NCBI GenBank assembly: GCA_964396445.1
Contig: CAYNFI010000001.1
Location: 30,971-94,970 of the forward strand
Length of the DNA stretch: 64,000 bases
Direction: 5' to 3'
DNA from: an uncultured Candidatus Bathyarchaeia archaeon
GTDB lineage: Archaea; Thermoproteota; CALKCG01; B24; JAWCPE01
The position numbers were made by a program, and so were the translations under genes. This document shows positions 39,965 through 50,155 of the stretch, piece by piece (position 1 is the first letter of the stretch; the number at the start of each line of letters is the position of its first letter). Below the pieces are notes generated by a model that did not search any database, was not told the DNA's origin, and saw only the letters and a program-made list of their open reading frames with translations.

Positions 39965-40038
39965 TCAAGTTTAAAAAACGTTTCTGAGGTTAACCAGATA
40001 AGGATACGAGGGATTCTTTAAATTAGCAACGTGGAATG

Positions 40039-40902
40039 TTACTTTAGATTTAAAGTCTTTGAAGCGTTCTCTTCCAATATTGCTTTAATAACTTGGTCTG
40101 GGACCTCGGGCAAGTTCGTGTTCTGAGTGTAGATGTTTAGCTTCCTCAACGCCTCAACCGTTGCCTCGAAGGTAATCAGAGGCCAATCTGAGCCAAACAG
40201 CAGTTTATCGGTTACGCCGTAATCAACCGCGGAAACCATTACGTTGTAGAATCTCCAGTGCTGCATACAGATTCCGGAGATATCTGCGTACACGTTTGGC
40301 TGCTTCCTTATCACAGCTAAGACTTCTATCTCCCAGGGAAAGCCCAGATGAGCGATGATCATCTTTAACTCTGGGAAAGCGATGGCTAACTCATCTACGC
40401 GCTTAGGCGCACTGTACTTTAAGGGAGCATCACTTAAGAACACAGGGCTTAAATGCCAAAGGATAGGGATCTGAAGTTCCTGAGCAACCTCAGCGATCGA
40501 GTAAACCACGCTATCATCCGGGTAGAATCTCTGCGTTATCGGGTAAAGCTTAATCCCCTTCAGCCCAAGCTCCTCCACACACCTCCTTATTTCCGCTGCC
40601 GCCTGCTCATTGAATGGGTTAACGGATGCAAAACCAATGACTTTATCCACATGAGCGTTCACGTATCCTGCTAACTCATCGTTGGGAACATCTATAACGT
40701 TGGGCCAGCAGAAAACAATGGCTTTATCCACCTTTCCCATAGCCTTATAATGCTTCTCCCAAGTTAGGTTTTCCAAGTTCCTTTTAAACTCAGATAGCCA
40801 CTCGCCTCTAGCGGATAATACGGCTTCTCTCACACGGTCTGTGATGTGCTTATCTGTCCAAGCATGGGTGTGAACGTCAACGATCATGACCTCGTTTCTC
40901 AA
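40039..40902 (-). CDS. Amidohydrolase-2 family metal-dependent hydrolase (TIM barrel)
   Basis: N-terminal VDVHTHAW metal-binding HxH motif and, from memory, the later His/Asp positions of amidohydrolase-2; 287 aa. Confidence 0.8.
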   Translation of the reverse strand: MRNEVMIVDVHTHAWTDKHITDRVREAVLSARGEWLSEFKRNLENLTWEKHYKAMGKVDKAIVFCWPNVIDVPNDELAGYVNAHVDKVIGFASVNPFNEQAAAEIRRCVEELGLKGIKLYPITQRFYPDDSVVYSIAEVAQELQIPILWHLSPVFLSDAPLKYSAPKRVDELAIAFPELKMIIAHLGFPWEIEVLAVIRKQPNVYADISGICMQHWRFYNVMVSAVDYGVTDKLLFGSDWPLITFEATVEALRKLNIYTQNTNLPEVPDQVIKAILEENASKTLNLK

Positions 40903-41141
40903 TGAGGTCGCATTTAAGCCTTAGCAAAGCTTCACAGCCGTATCTCCGAGGCTTAAACGCGCGTTTTCACAGGTCTTTTAAAAATACATATGGAGAATTG
41001 AAACCTTTCACCCATCACGGATAAGGGATGGCTTTAGGGTAAACGCATTCAATAAGCGAATTAACACCTCCTGAGACTGCTTACGTGAAGTGCATCAGGG
41101 TGTGGATCAATTATAAAAGTTAAGCCGTAGATCCAGCTGGT

Positions 41142-42293
41142 ATGAGCCTACAAGCTATGAGGAAGCCGTCGAGGGAAAGGATGGTCTCTGCTTTAGCATT
41201 GGAAGAGCCAGATACAGTGCCTGTAGGCGACATCGGCGTCGACCCTCCCGTGGCTCAGGTCTTTCTCCGAAGGGAACCTGTCTACAGAAACACTAAGGCA
41301 TCGCTGGAACTTGCCGCTGCTGGGAAGCTTGATGAACTTAAGGAAAGGGTTGTCAAGGACCACGTGGAGCTTCTTCACGATATCCTCAGGTTTGACTTCG
41401 TCCGCGTTATCCCTCCAAGCTTCACGCGTAGGACTAGGGTTCGGAGGGCTGGGGAGGACTTATGGGATGTAGACAGTAAACTATACAGGCTTCACCCTGT
41501 GGCAGGTGGGCTTTGGCTTAAGGAGAGGCCTCAACCAACCCTGGAGCTGTTGAGATGTGAGGTCGGAGAAGCGGAGGCAGCTCTTGAAACAATCGACTCC
41601 GACCCCCTTCAAGTACTTAAACAGGTCGCTGAGCAAGTAGGAGATGGAGGCCTCATCCTCTGCAACGTAGATCCCCAATGGATACCTTACGACGCTGCGA
41701 GGCTCGTCTGGTTTTACCGTTACCCAGCTGAGATGAAGAGGCTGATATCAGCTAAGGTGAGGTGGGCTGTAGCCCTAGGCCAAGCGATCCTAGACGCGGG
41801 TTCGGATGGCCTCTTAGATGCCTCCGATTACGCGAATAAAACTGGGCCCTTCATCTCCGTAGCGCATTTTAAGGAGTTCGTTGCACCAGCGCTTAAGTCT
41901 GTGATTGAAGCTACGCATAGGAGAGGCGGATACCATGTTCAGCACACGGATGGAAACGTGATGCCTCTACTTCCTCTGCTCTTGGAATGTGGCTTAGACG
42001 GTTTAAATCCCTTGGATACGACGAGCGGAATGAACCTAGGCGAGGTGAAGAAGAAGTATGGTGACCGTGTCTGCCTCCTTGGAAACGTTGACGGTGTCCA
42101 CATCCTGCCTTACGGAAAAAGGTCAGAGGTCGTTGCGGAGACTAAGCGATGTCTCCGTGAAGGGGGACCAAGCGGAGGATATGTACTCACCTCCAGCCAT
42201 TCAATCCATCACGGTGTCAAGCCTGAGAACCTCCTCGCAATGCTTGAGACAGGGTTTAAACTCGGGAAATACCCGAAACCCGGATACCCTTAA
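41142..42293 (+). CDS. Uroporphyrinogen-decarboxylase (URO-D) family protein, MtaA/CmuA-like methyltransferase paralog
   Basis: 383 aa; blocks such as ...LGNVDGV...L..GGPSGGYVLTSSHSI match the URO-D/MtaA fold. Confidence 0.7.
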   Translation: MSLQAMRKPSRERMVSALALEEPDTVPVGDIGVDPPVAQVFLRREPVYRNTKASLELAAAGKLDELKERVVKDHVELLHDILRFDFVRVIPPSFTRRTRVRRAGEDLWDVDSKLYRLHPVAGGLWLKERPQPTLELLRCEVGEAEAALETIDSDPLQVLKQVAEQVGDGGLILCNVDPQWIPYDAARLVWFYRYPAEMKRLISAKVRWAVALGQAILDAGSDGLLDASDYANKTGPFISVAHFKEFVAPALKSVIEATHRRGGYHVQHTDGNVMPLLPLLLECGLDGLNPLDTTSGMNLGEVKKKYGDRVCLLGNVDGVHILPYGKRSEVVAETKRCLREGGPSGGYVLTSSHSIHHGVKPENLLAMLETGFKLGKYPKPGYP

Positions 42294-42360
42294 ACGTTTA
42301 GCATTATGAGGTAGAAATCGGTTATCCCTGTATTTCAGTCGTTTGTGGAAGAAGCCTGAA

Positions 42361-42933
42361 CTATTTCTGCGCGGTCGGTCCGCTTTCCGGAGATATAGCT
42401 TCTACTAAGGCTTTAAACTGCTTCTTCAAGGTCTTCATATCGTGACTTAGGTTGAAGTAGTCTGCGAAGGTTTCCGTGGTTCTGAGTAGTCTCGTCTTCC
42501 CAAGAGGCTCTGAAGTTATCAGCCCCATCTTTGCGAGGTGCTTCACATGTTCGTACACCTGACCGCCGCGTACCAAGGCTACATCTGACTGCGTGACTGG
42601 TTGGTTGAGGACGATGAATGAAAGGGTCTTCAATGGGCCCTCTGTGAGGAGGGGTTTTATGGATAACCTCCTGATGTTTGGGACGTAGACGGTTTTGATT
42701 TGGAGGACGAAGCGTCTATCTGAAAGCTCTAGGAGCTCCAAGGCTCCATCCCTTCCTCTATAATTGTCTAGAACTTTTCTCGCAAGCTCGTAGACTCTCT
42801 TCTTGGAGGTTATACCGGTTACTGAGCATAGGGTTTCAAGCTCTAAGGGTCTTCCAGCGGCGTAGAGGGCTGCCTCGACTAAAGCCAACTTGGTTTTCTC
42901 ATCCTCTTCTGGAACACCCTCCGTTTGGCTCAT
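42361..42933 (-). CDS. scpB: Segregation and condensation protein B (ScpB)
   Basis: Tandem wHTH pattern; the ATG at 42933 overlaps the scpA stop (ATGA). Confidence 0.8.
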   Translation of the reverse strand: MSQTEGVPEEDEKTKLALVEAALYAAGRPLELETLCSVTGITSKKRVYELARKVLDNYRGRDGALELLELSDRRFVLQIKTVYVPNIRRLSIKPLLTEGPLKTLSFIVLNQPVTQSDVALVRGGQVYEHVKHLAKMGLITSEPLGKTRLLRTTETFADYFNLSHDMKTLKKQFKALVEAISPESGPTAQK

Positions 42934-43640
42934 GTAACAACCTCCGCAGGCATGGAAATATAGATCTCTTCGACTCCCTCCTCCTGCCATAAAGAGATTT
43001 TTTTCTGAGAGGCGAGGAAGAGCAGGGCGATGAATGTCTGGATCGCCACCCTTCTCTCCATCCCAGCCACAACCTTCGAGTATGGAACAAGGCTTTCAGT
43101 TGTCAGTAAGTCGACGAGCTTGGTGTGTAGAAGCTGGATCTGTTCCTCAATCTGTACCATGAAGGGGTCTAGGGTTGGCAGGGGGAAGGGAGTGAGGGTT
43201 TCAGGTATTGGTTGAATAACGGTTCTAGCTTGGGCTTCCCCAGGGATCCCTACAAGAATGTCCCTTATGGCGGTTATAAGGTCTTCCATGGTCAACGAAG
43301 CGTACTCATACCTGAAAGGTAGGTGAAGGGCTGCGATGGGTCCCTGATAGGCAGGCTTCTCCTGAGGCGGCTGCGGCGGCTCCTCAAGTTTCAAGACGAG
43401 TTCTGATTTCATCCTGTAGATCGACGTTGAGGATAGGAGGGCGATGCCTGTGATTGAGAAGTTGATGAAACCGAATTTTTTCATCTCTGATAGAAAAGAG
43501 GTCAGGAGAAAGGATAGGTCGATGTCCCAAGGCCTTATACTTCCCAGTCGCGTTGGGTCGAAGAGTATGACCCATGGCTGTTTAACCCAGAAGGGTCTTT
43601 GAGGTGTCTGGCTAGACTGGGGAAGCTCCATTATTCTCAA
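42930..43640 (-). CDS. scpA: Segregation and condensation protein A (ScpA kleisin)
   Basis: N-terminal ..FDLLL-like helix and C-terminal winged-helix kleisin pattern; lies directly downstream of smc. Confidence 0.8.
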   Translation of the reverse strand: MRIMELPQSSQTPQRPFWVKQPWVILFDPTRLGSIRPWDIDLSFLLTSFLSEMKKFGFINFSITGIALLSSTSIYRMKSELVLKLEEPPQPPQEKPAYQGPIAALHLPFRYEYASLTMEDLITAIRDILVGIPGEAQARTVIQPIPETLTPFPLPTLDPFMVQIEEQIQLLHTKLVDLLTTESLVPYSKVVAGMERRVAIQTFIALLFLASQKKISLWQEEGVEEIYISMPAEVVT

Positions 43641-43739
43641 ATCTAATCTTTGGAAAGGCTTTTAAAATTTTCTAGTTAATAATCACTATGTGAATCCTGC
43701 ACCGGTAATCCTTGAAATCACAGGGTACGAGAAGTCTAA

Positions 43740-46700
43740 TCACTTGGGGAAGACTGGGGAGACCACGCGGGATGCACCGTCCTGAGCGAAAACACCGTAA
43801 ACCCTATCAGCCCTATCTAGAATCGTCTCCTTCAAACTCACAACGATAAACTGCCGGTCCTTAGCGAAGTCCTTCACTAGATCGGCTAAACGCTCCACGT
43901 GAACGGGGTCAAGATGCGCATCAACTTCGTCGAGGAGGTAGAAGGGAGCTGGTTGAAGTTGACTGATGGCGAAGAGAAACGATAAGGCGGCTACGGATTT
44001 CTCCCCTCCACTAGCTGAGCTTATGAGCCTTGAAGCCTTCCCAGGGAACTCAGCGAAGAGGTCGACGCCTGCGGCGAAGGGTTCTTCGAGGTTTTGGAGT
44101 TGAAGCCACCCTTTCCCCCCTCCGGTGAGCTTGGAGAAGAAGAAGCTGAACTGGTCGTTAACCTTGTTGTAGATGTCTAGGAAGACACGGCGCTTATCCC
44201 TTTCAATCTCTTCCATAAACCTGAGTATGGAGAGCTTCTCCTGCTCCAGTTGACTGAGCCTAATGGATAATTGCTTATAATTATCCTTCTGCTCAGTGTA
44301 CTGTGTTATCGCAAGCTGGTTTATGGAACCAAGCTGCGTTAACTCTGTTCTAAGCCTTTCAACAAGGTCCCCGCCCTCCTTCACCTGGGTTTCCTCGACG
44401 TCAAGCGGTGATTGGAAGCCAAGCCTCTGGAGGTCCGCTTCTAGGAACCCCTTCTCAGCGGCCTTAGACTGGGCTTCTAACTCGATTTGACGTAGGCGGT
44501 TATTCAGAGGCTCCCACTTAGTATCTACGTCACCGGCCCTCGCGTCTATGATGCTTAGCTCCTCTTGGAACTTCCTCGTCTCATCCTTAACCGTTGACAG
44601 GGACTGGGAAAGCTCTTCCTTAAGCTTCCCCATATCCTGTAGCTGGCTTCTCAGGTCTTCCAGCGATGTGCCGGCTTCCTCTATGCCTTTGTTGAAGTAC
44701 TCGATCTGACCGTCTAAGTTGCGGAGGTCCCTCTCAGCCTTCTCAAGCTCAGGTGATAAAGTGGCTTCGATCCTTGACTGAAGAGATGTAAAGTCGCTGT
44801 CAAGCTTCGTTAACTCCTGCTGGGTGAGGTTAACCTCGTTTATAAGCTCAACCGTCTTCGATTCAACCTCGGTTACAGCTGAGGGTTTAACAGTGGACCT
44901 TATGGAGGCGCTCCTCCTCTCCAGCTCGGCGATCTGCTTCAATATCCCTGTCCTTTCCCCCCTACCCTTCTCCAAGAAGTCTACCTCGCTTTCACGCTCC
45001 TTGTTTAACTCATCGATGCGTGTACTTAGCTGGTTGAGGTTTCCCTGAACTCTTTCAATGCTCCGCGCCATCCCAGCGATCTCCTGTTTAAACCTCTCCA
45101 CCGTGGCTTCCCTTCGAACAAGCTCTTCCCTAAGTCTCCCTATCTCCTCGTCTACAGCCTTTATGCTCCGCTCCCTCTGTTTGAGTATGTCTTCAAGCCT
45201 GGCAACTGCCTCGTTGAGGCTTGAAACGTGCTCATCGCTTGGGATAAGCTGGGAGATGTCTATGGATACCCTGTAGTACCCGCTTTCCATAACCCCTCCA
45301 GCCTCGTAGAGGTCACCCTCCGCCGTTACGGTTCTATACCCTTTCCTTGAAGCAGCGAATGCAGCGTTTTCATCAGCGGCGATCAACGTGTCTCCGAAGA
45401 TGAACCTCACAGCCGGTCGGAACATTTGGTTACACTTCACGAATGAGGCGGCGACGCCGGCTATTCCCTTAACCTCCGGGGGAGTTATGGGTTTAAGTTT
45501 ACGCAGGTCTTCGAGGGGTATGATTTTAATCCTCCCAAGCTTCGTCCTCTTGAGGCTTTCAACACACCGCCTCGCCGTCTCTAGATCCTTAACAACGAGG
45601 GCTTTCATCCATCCCCCCGCCGTGGATTCGAGGGCGTTCCTATATGATGGAGTCAGCTTTACGAGTTCCCTTAGCCTCCCGTAGATCCCTGGAATCGCCA
45701 TGGCTTCCCCCATTTCCTCGATCTTTATTAAAGCCCTATCTTCTGTAGCCACGTTTTCAGCGAAGCTAAGCTGGGTTTCAAAATCTGAAACCGTTCTCCT
45801 CGCTCTCTCTGCAACCATGTGGGCGCTTGAAACTTCGGCGTCGAGGACTTTTCTCCTCTCCAAGCTTCTTTTTATAAGCTCCAACGTAGCGGTGACGCTC
45901 TTCTCTTCCTCATCCTTCATCGCGGCAAGCTCATCCAGGTGCTTCTTAAGGTTGTCCAGGATCTGGATGAGGCTCTTCCTCCTAGCTTCACTCCCTCTGA
46001 GGTTACGGTTGAGGATGCTAGCCTTAGCTTCGCTGCCCTTCACCTCAGCGTCTAGTCTAACGAGTTCCCTGCCTAGCTTCACGATCTCCCCCTCGATGGC
46101 TTCAAGCTCAGCTGAACCTGTCTGAAGTTGCTGTCTAAGCTCCCTCAGCTTCGATGACACCGTGTTGTAGCGTTCCCGTTTCTCTTCAAGTGAAGCCGAG
46201 GCTTTATCTCTCTGCCGTTTAACGGTTCTAAGGTTTTCAGAAGCCTCCTTGAGCGTTGCCTTAAGGTTTTCTACGTGGTTAACCCTTTCCCGTCTCAGTT
46301 TGAGAAGCCCTTGAACATTCAACCTATTCGACTGTAGCTGCCCCTCTAAACCAGCGGCTTTTGCGTTGATGTCCCCTATCAGGGTTTGAACCTCGACAAG
46401 CCTTCCCCCACCCTTATTAACGATATCTTCATCAAACCTCCTCCATTCCGCTTCAACCTTGCTCCTGCTCTGCCTCAACTCTTCCCTTAAGTGTGTAAGG
46501 TCCTCAGCTCCCCTTCGGAGAATGTTTAACTCCTCTGAAAGGTTCTCCGTTTCTTTAGCGTTGCATTGAATCTTGTAGGAAAGGAGGACAGCGTTAAGGT
46601 AGTCAACCTCCTTCTTTAAGAAGTTGAACCTTAAGGCATCGTTTCTCTCCTTTTCAAGGTTCTCCATCCGGCTTCGAACCTCAGCGATACGTGCCTCAGC

Positions 46701-47255
46701 GATTCTGAGGTTTATGTCGGCGCGGTGGAGTTCCCCTTGGGCCTCAGCCTTTTTCAGATCATACTGGGATATTCCAACGATGTCTTCGATAACACGTCTC
46801 CTCTCCTCTGGGGCGAGGTCTGAAAGCCTCGTCACAGCCCCCTGCATGATGATGTTTACACCCGCTGATCTAAGCCCGGCTACACCTAGGGCATCGTTTA
46901 TGCTCGTCCTTGAAGCACGTTTACCGTTCAGTCTGTAAACGCTCTCCCCAGCGACGTTTACCGTTCTTGAAACAATGACTGTGTCGGTGTCTACAGGGAT
47001 CTCCCTGTCCACGTTATCGAGATAAAGCCTAACCAAAGTCTGTCTCTTACTCTCTGGTGGGATTCTATCCGAGATCACATCGGAGAACTTGTCAGCCCTT
47101 AATGCTCTTGGGCTGGTTTCCCCTAAAGCAAACCTGATGGCGTCGATCACGTTACTCTTACCCGAACCGTTTGGACCTGTGACGACTGTGAAGCCCCTGT
47201 CAAAGTTTAACGTAACCTTCCTCGCCCCAAAGGATTTGAAGCCCTGAAGCTCCAC
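43740..47255 (-). CDS. smc: Chromosome segregation protein SMC
   Basis: N-terminal Walker A GPNGSGKSN, long coiled coils, a hinge, and C-terminal signature LSGGEKSVAALSFLFAI with Walker B LLDEVDAHLD; 1171 aa. Confidence 0.92.
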   Translation of the reverse strand: MELQGFKSFGARKVTLNFDRGFTVVTGPNGSGKSNVIDAIRFALGETSPRALRADKFSDVISDRIPPESKRQTLVRLYLDNVDREIPVDTDTVIVSRTVNVAGESVYRLNGKRASRTSINDALGVAGLRSAGVNIIMQGAVTRLSDLAPEERRRVIEDIVGISQYDLKKAEAQGELHRADINLRIAEARIAEVRSRMENLEKERNDALRFNFLKKEVDYLNAVLLSYKIQCNAKETENLSEELNILRRGAEDLTHLREELRQSRSKVEAEWRRFDEDIVNKGGGRLVEVQTLIGDINAKAAGLEGQLQSNRLNVQGLLKLRRERVNHVENLKATLKEASENLRTVKRQRDKASASLEEKRERYNTVSSKLRELRQQLQTGSAELEAIEGEIVKLGRELVRLDAEVKGSEAKASILNRNLRGSEARRKSLIQILDNLKKHLDELAAMKDEEEKSVTATLELIKRSLERRKVLDAEVSSAHMVAERARRTVSDFETQLSFAENVATEDRALIKIEEMGEAMAIPGIYGRLRELVKLTPSYRNALESTAGGWMKALVVKDLETARRCVESLKRTKLGRIKIIPLEDLRKLKPITPPEVKGIAGVAASFVKCNQMFRPAVRFIFGDTLIAADENAAFAASRKGYRTVTAEGDLYEAGGVMESGYYRVSIDISQLIPSDEHVSSLNEAVARLEDILKQRERSIKAVDEEIGRLREELVRREATVERFKQEIAGMARSIERVQGNLNQLSTRIDELNKERESEVDFLEKGRGERTGILKQIAELERRSASIRSTVKPSAVTEVESKTVELINEVNLTQQELTKLDSDFTSLQSRIEATLSPELEKAERDLRNLDGQIEYFNKGIEEAGTSLEDLRSQLQDMGKLKEELSQSLSTVKDETRKFQEELSIIDARAGDVDTKWEPLNNRLRQIELEAQSKAAEKGFLEADLQRLGFQSPLDVEETQVKEGGDLVERLRTELTQLGSINQLAITQYTEQKDNYKQLSIRLSQLEQEKLSILRFMEEIERDKRRVFLDIYNKVNDQFSFFFSKLTGGGKGWLQLQNLEEPFAAGVDLFAEFPGKASRLISSASGGEKSVAALSFLFAISQLQPAPFYLLDEVDAHLDPVHVERLADLVKDFAKDRQFIVVSLKETILDRADRVYGVFAQDGASRVVSPVFPK

Positions 47256-47422
47256 TCTCTTAACGTAAACCGTTACCCCTTCCCCCTACACAGAGACCAT
47301 ACAAGGTAAGCGTCACTTGAAGGGTTAACCCACAATCCCTATGGAGCTTCGATCCATTAATAAAAGTTTATGTAAGAGCTTTGACGATGTCTCCCTTAAA
47401 TCCCATATTTCTCTCTAAGATC

Positions 47423-48241
47423 CTAAAAGCCCAACTGTGACCTTATGGTTTTGTTTAAGGAGGCTGCTAGACAACACTTCACAGGTGTCTTCTGTCCTAG
47501 TATACGAAGGATATTGACATCAACGTCCTTCGATACATCTCGTCCTTCACAGAAGGCTTTAAGGGTATTCGAGACAATCTTCATTCTGTCGCGAATGGGA
47601 GTCAATTTAATGTTACGCCCACAAGCAGCAAAAGGCTCCTTTGGGAAAAGATCCCCTCCAATGGCATTAAGGACGATGACGAGGTTCCCTACGAAATTCC
47701 AGTGACATGGTTCAAGGTGGTCTATGGCACTTGCCAGTGTTATTTCCGCATCCTTTCCATCCTTGGTATCGTGGATTAGAGTTCGCATCGTGAGGTCGCG
47801 AAATTCTGTATGCTCTCTGTAATGTTCTCCATATTCCACCATTTCGACGTAGCGGAAGGATGGTTCTAGGAATGACCTGACTTTGTCCATTATGCGTTGA
47901 ACTTGCCAGACCTTTAGGGGTGTAGGGTCTCCAATAAAGGCCATTAGCTCGCTAGCTTGTACCCCCCCGACATCAAGATGTACGGCTTCATCAGTAGAAC
48001 CTGAACACCACTTTGAAAGTACATCGTAACAATTCTGCCATAAATCTTCGATGGGATGTCTTTGTCTAGGCGGCCGCGTTCCAGGTCCCTTGGATGTACC
48101 ACCCGACCCTATTGCTTCAATAATCACTTCAACATGTCTTTCAGCCTTATGGTGGCATAACTCAAGACTCGTAATAAGGCGTCTTATCTTGGTCGTTTGA
48201 TCGTCTAACGGCGGGATAGAATCCTCCAGCGTATCAATCAC
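47423..48241 (-). CDS. Hypothetical protein (272 aa) in an AT-rich, probably horizontally acquired, segment
   Basis: Uninterrupted ORF with visibly lower GC and A/T-ending codons than its neighbours, followed by a very AT-rich 380-nt intergenic region; no recognised domain. Confidence 0.55.
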   Translation of the reverse strand: MIDTLEDSIPPLDDQTTKIRRLITSLELCHHKAERHVEVIIEAIGSGGTSKGPGTRPPRQRHPIEDLWQNCYDVLSKWCSGSTDEAVHLDVGGVQASELMAFIGDPTPLKVWQVQRIMDKVRSFLEPSFRYVEMVEYGEHYREHTEFRDLTMRTLIHDTKDGKDAEITLASAIDHLEPCHWNFVGNLVIVLNAIGGDLFPKEPFAACGRNIKLTPIRDRMKIVSNTLKAFCEGRDVSKDVDVNILRILGQKTPVKCCLAASLNKTIRSQLGF

Positions 48242-48671
48242 CTAAATTTCTCCATTAGGTTCGCAATTCATCAACCACGATCTTAACTTAGTACTTCTTT
48301 GTAATAGTTCAAAGGCACCCTGCCTAAATTCTGTAAATTCGTATCCCTCCACTCTTTCAGGCTTTTAAGTCATCTTTCTTTCAAAGAATTCTATAACATT
48401 TTTGCTTTGCGGGGGGGTAAAGAATGCCCGTAAATGTAATCTTCTGCCAGTAGGTGAATCCACGAAACTCGCCTGTATGGGTCCATTTCTTTTTCCATTT
48501 ATCTTATTTTACACTCTAGTAAAAAATACGGTTGATTGATAAGTATTCCAAAAAGAGATGCTGATTTAACAGCGACCCTAGATTTGTATACTCATGGATT
48601 CCGTAGACGATAGATAACCTGTGCTGTGCGTAAGCTTTAATCTCCTGTATGAGTCTTGTTTATCGAAGGGA

Positions 48672-49397
48672 ATGGTTGAGTCTGGCATAGGGGACAGGGT
48701 TCCAACGGGCTGTGCAAGTATAGATAGGTTAATCGGCGGGGGCTTCCCACGGGGCCTATTATCCCTAGTCTACGGTGAGGCTGAGACGGGTAAGACTTGC
48801 CTGGCTATGCAGTGCGCGGTTGAATGTGCTAGGAAGGGGTTGAAGACCTTATACGTAGACGCTGATGGAGCCCTTTCCGTAACGAGGCTTTCCCAGGTCG
48901 CGGGTGTGGACCTCGACCGTGTCTCACCTCTTATCATCGTGTTCACCCCAGAGGATTTCCAAAACCTTATTCTACTCGTTGAGAGGTTAGAACGCTACGT
49001 GGCTGGGAACACGGTTTTAGCAGTTGTAGACACGGTGACCTCCCTTTACAGGGTTGAGCTTGCGCAGGGGGATGAAGTCTTTACCTTGAACAGGGAGCTT
49101 AACAGGATGCTCGCATACCTATGTCAGCTGGCTAAAACCCGTGGTTTAGCCCTTCTCCTAACAAGCCAGGTGCGGAGCGTCATCGACTCCACTCCTTCCT
49201 CCTATGTAGGGGAAATAGAGCCTGTAGCCAACCGCGTCTTAACTTATTGGTCCTCGTTGATTCTGAGGCTTAAACCGACAGCTAGGTCCTCTGTAAAGGA
49301 ATGCGTTCTTGAACATGGGATTTCCAAGGAGAAGGCTGATAAACGCTGCTTCTACTCCCTGTCAGATAAGGGTGTTGAATCTGTGCTAGGAGCCTAA
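48672..49397 (+). CDS. RadA paralog (RadB/aRadC-like RecA-superfamily ATPase)
   Basis: Walker A GEAETGKT and Walker B LAVVDTV; about 240 aa with no N-terminal HhH domain. Confidence 0.8.
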   Translation: MVESGIGDRVPTGCASIDRLIGGGFPRGLLSLVYGEAETGKTCLAMQCAVECARKGLKTLYVDADGALSVTRLSQVAGVDLDRVSPLIIVFTPEDFQNLILLVERLERYVAGNTVLAVVDTVTSLYRVELAQGDEVFTLNRELNRMLAYLCQLAKTRGLALLLTSQVRSVIDSTPSSYVGEIEPVANRVLTYWSSLILRLKPTARSSVKECVLEHGISKEKADKRCFYSLSDKGVESVLGA

Positions 49398-49912
49398 GGC
49401 CATTTTTGACCGTAAGCCTTGGCCTGTAGAATGTCCCAGGTTACGTAGAATGAGATAACGAGGAGGGTTAAACCTATGAATAACGTTATGTGCGCGTACC
49501 TGGGCTTATAGATGTACCGCGTGCTTAGAAAGGATAGGAAAAGCCCTAGAATACCTATGATGTAAAGGGAAGCCACTACGTAGGCTTCACCGCTTGTCTG
49601 ATGGTCAAACCTCGGGTATGCGATGGAGACGACGTCTTGGCTCATGATCAACGCAAGCATGGTTTTCTCCAGTTGGATGTAAACGCCTCCGCCTAGGATG
49701 TAAATCGACAGTAGTATGAGGAGCATTCCAACAATGGCGGCGGGTGGCTTAGGAAACCTCGGGCTAGGTAAGCGGGCAAACCTGATCTTCCTCCCAAGCC
49801 GCGTCCGCTTAAGCCTATCCGTGAAGCCCTCGCGGTTCAACCCTACCCCCAAACCAACCTTAACTAAATAGTAGAAGCTTTTAAACTTAAATAACTCCTC
49901 CTCCTCTTCCAA
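49394..49912 (-). CDS. Hypothetical integral membrane protein
   Basis: Four predicted TM helices; divergent from the zinc-ribbon/aglB unit. Confidence 0.5.
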   Translation of the reverse strand: MEEEEELFKFKSFYYLVKVGLGVGLNREGFTDRLKRTRLGRKIRFARLPSPRFPKPPAAIVGMLLILLSIYILGGGVYIQLEKTMLALIMSQDVVSIAYPRFDHQTSGEAYVVASLYIIGILGLFLSFLSTRYIYKPRYAHITLFIGLTLLVISFYVTWDILQAKAYGQKWP

Positions 49913-49944
49913 GGAGGAGACGTTAAGCGCTGGGGGGTTAGCGT

Positions 49945-50109
49945 ATGCCTCAGAAGATTATATGCGATAAGTGTGAATACGTTCTCTACTATGGTGAAGA
50001 CCTTGTTGTACCAGAGGACCTCATCCGTCAAAACTCCAATCAATGCCCGAATTGCGGTAAGAAACTTGAGCTTGACCCTGGGCGAATCATAATAAGTATC
50101 TTACGGTAA
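49945..50109 (+). CDS. Small zinc-ribbon protein (54 aa) immediately upstream of aglB
   Basis: MPQKIICDKCEYVLYYGEDLVVPEDLIRQNSNQCPNCGKKLELDPGRIIISILR, with a CxxC...CxxC pattern; below the ORF-track size cut-off. Confidence 0.45.
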   Translation: MPQKIICDKCEYVLYYGEDLVVPEDLIRQNSNQCPNCGKKLELDPGRIIISILR

Positions 50110-50155
50110 CTAGATAGGCTTTAAAGGTGGTGTTTAGCGTAGGGCTTAAACATTT

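Noticed and set aside
44296-46938. Series of plus-strand ORFs of 64-141 aa rich in Ser/Leu inside smc
   Set aside because: They are low-complexity antisense translations of the coiled-coil coding region of SMC on the minus strand. There is no independent support.
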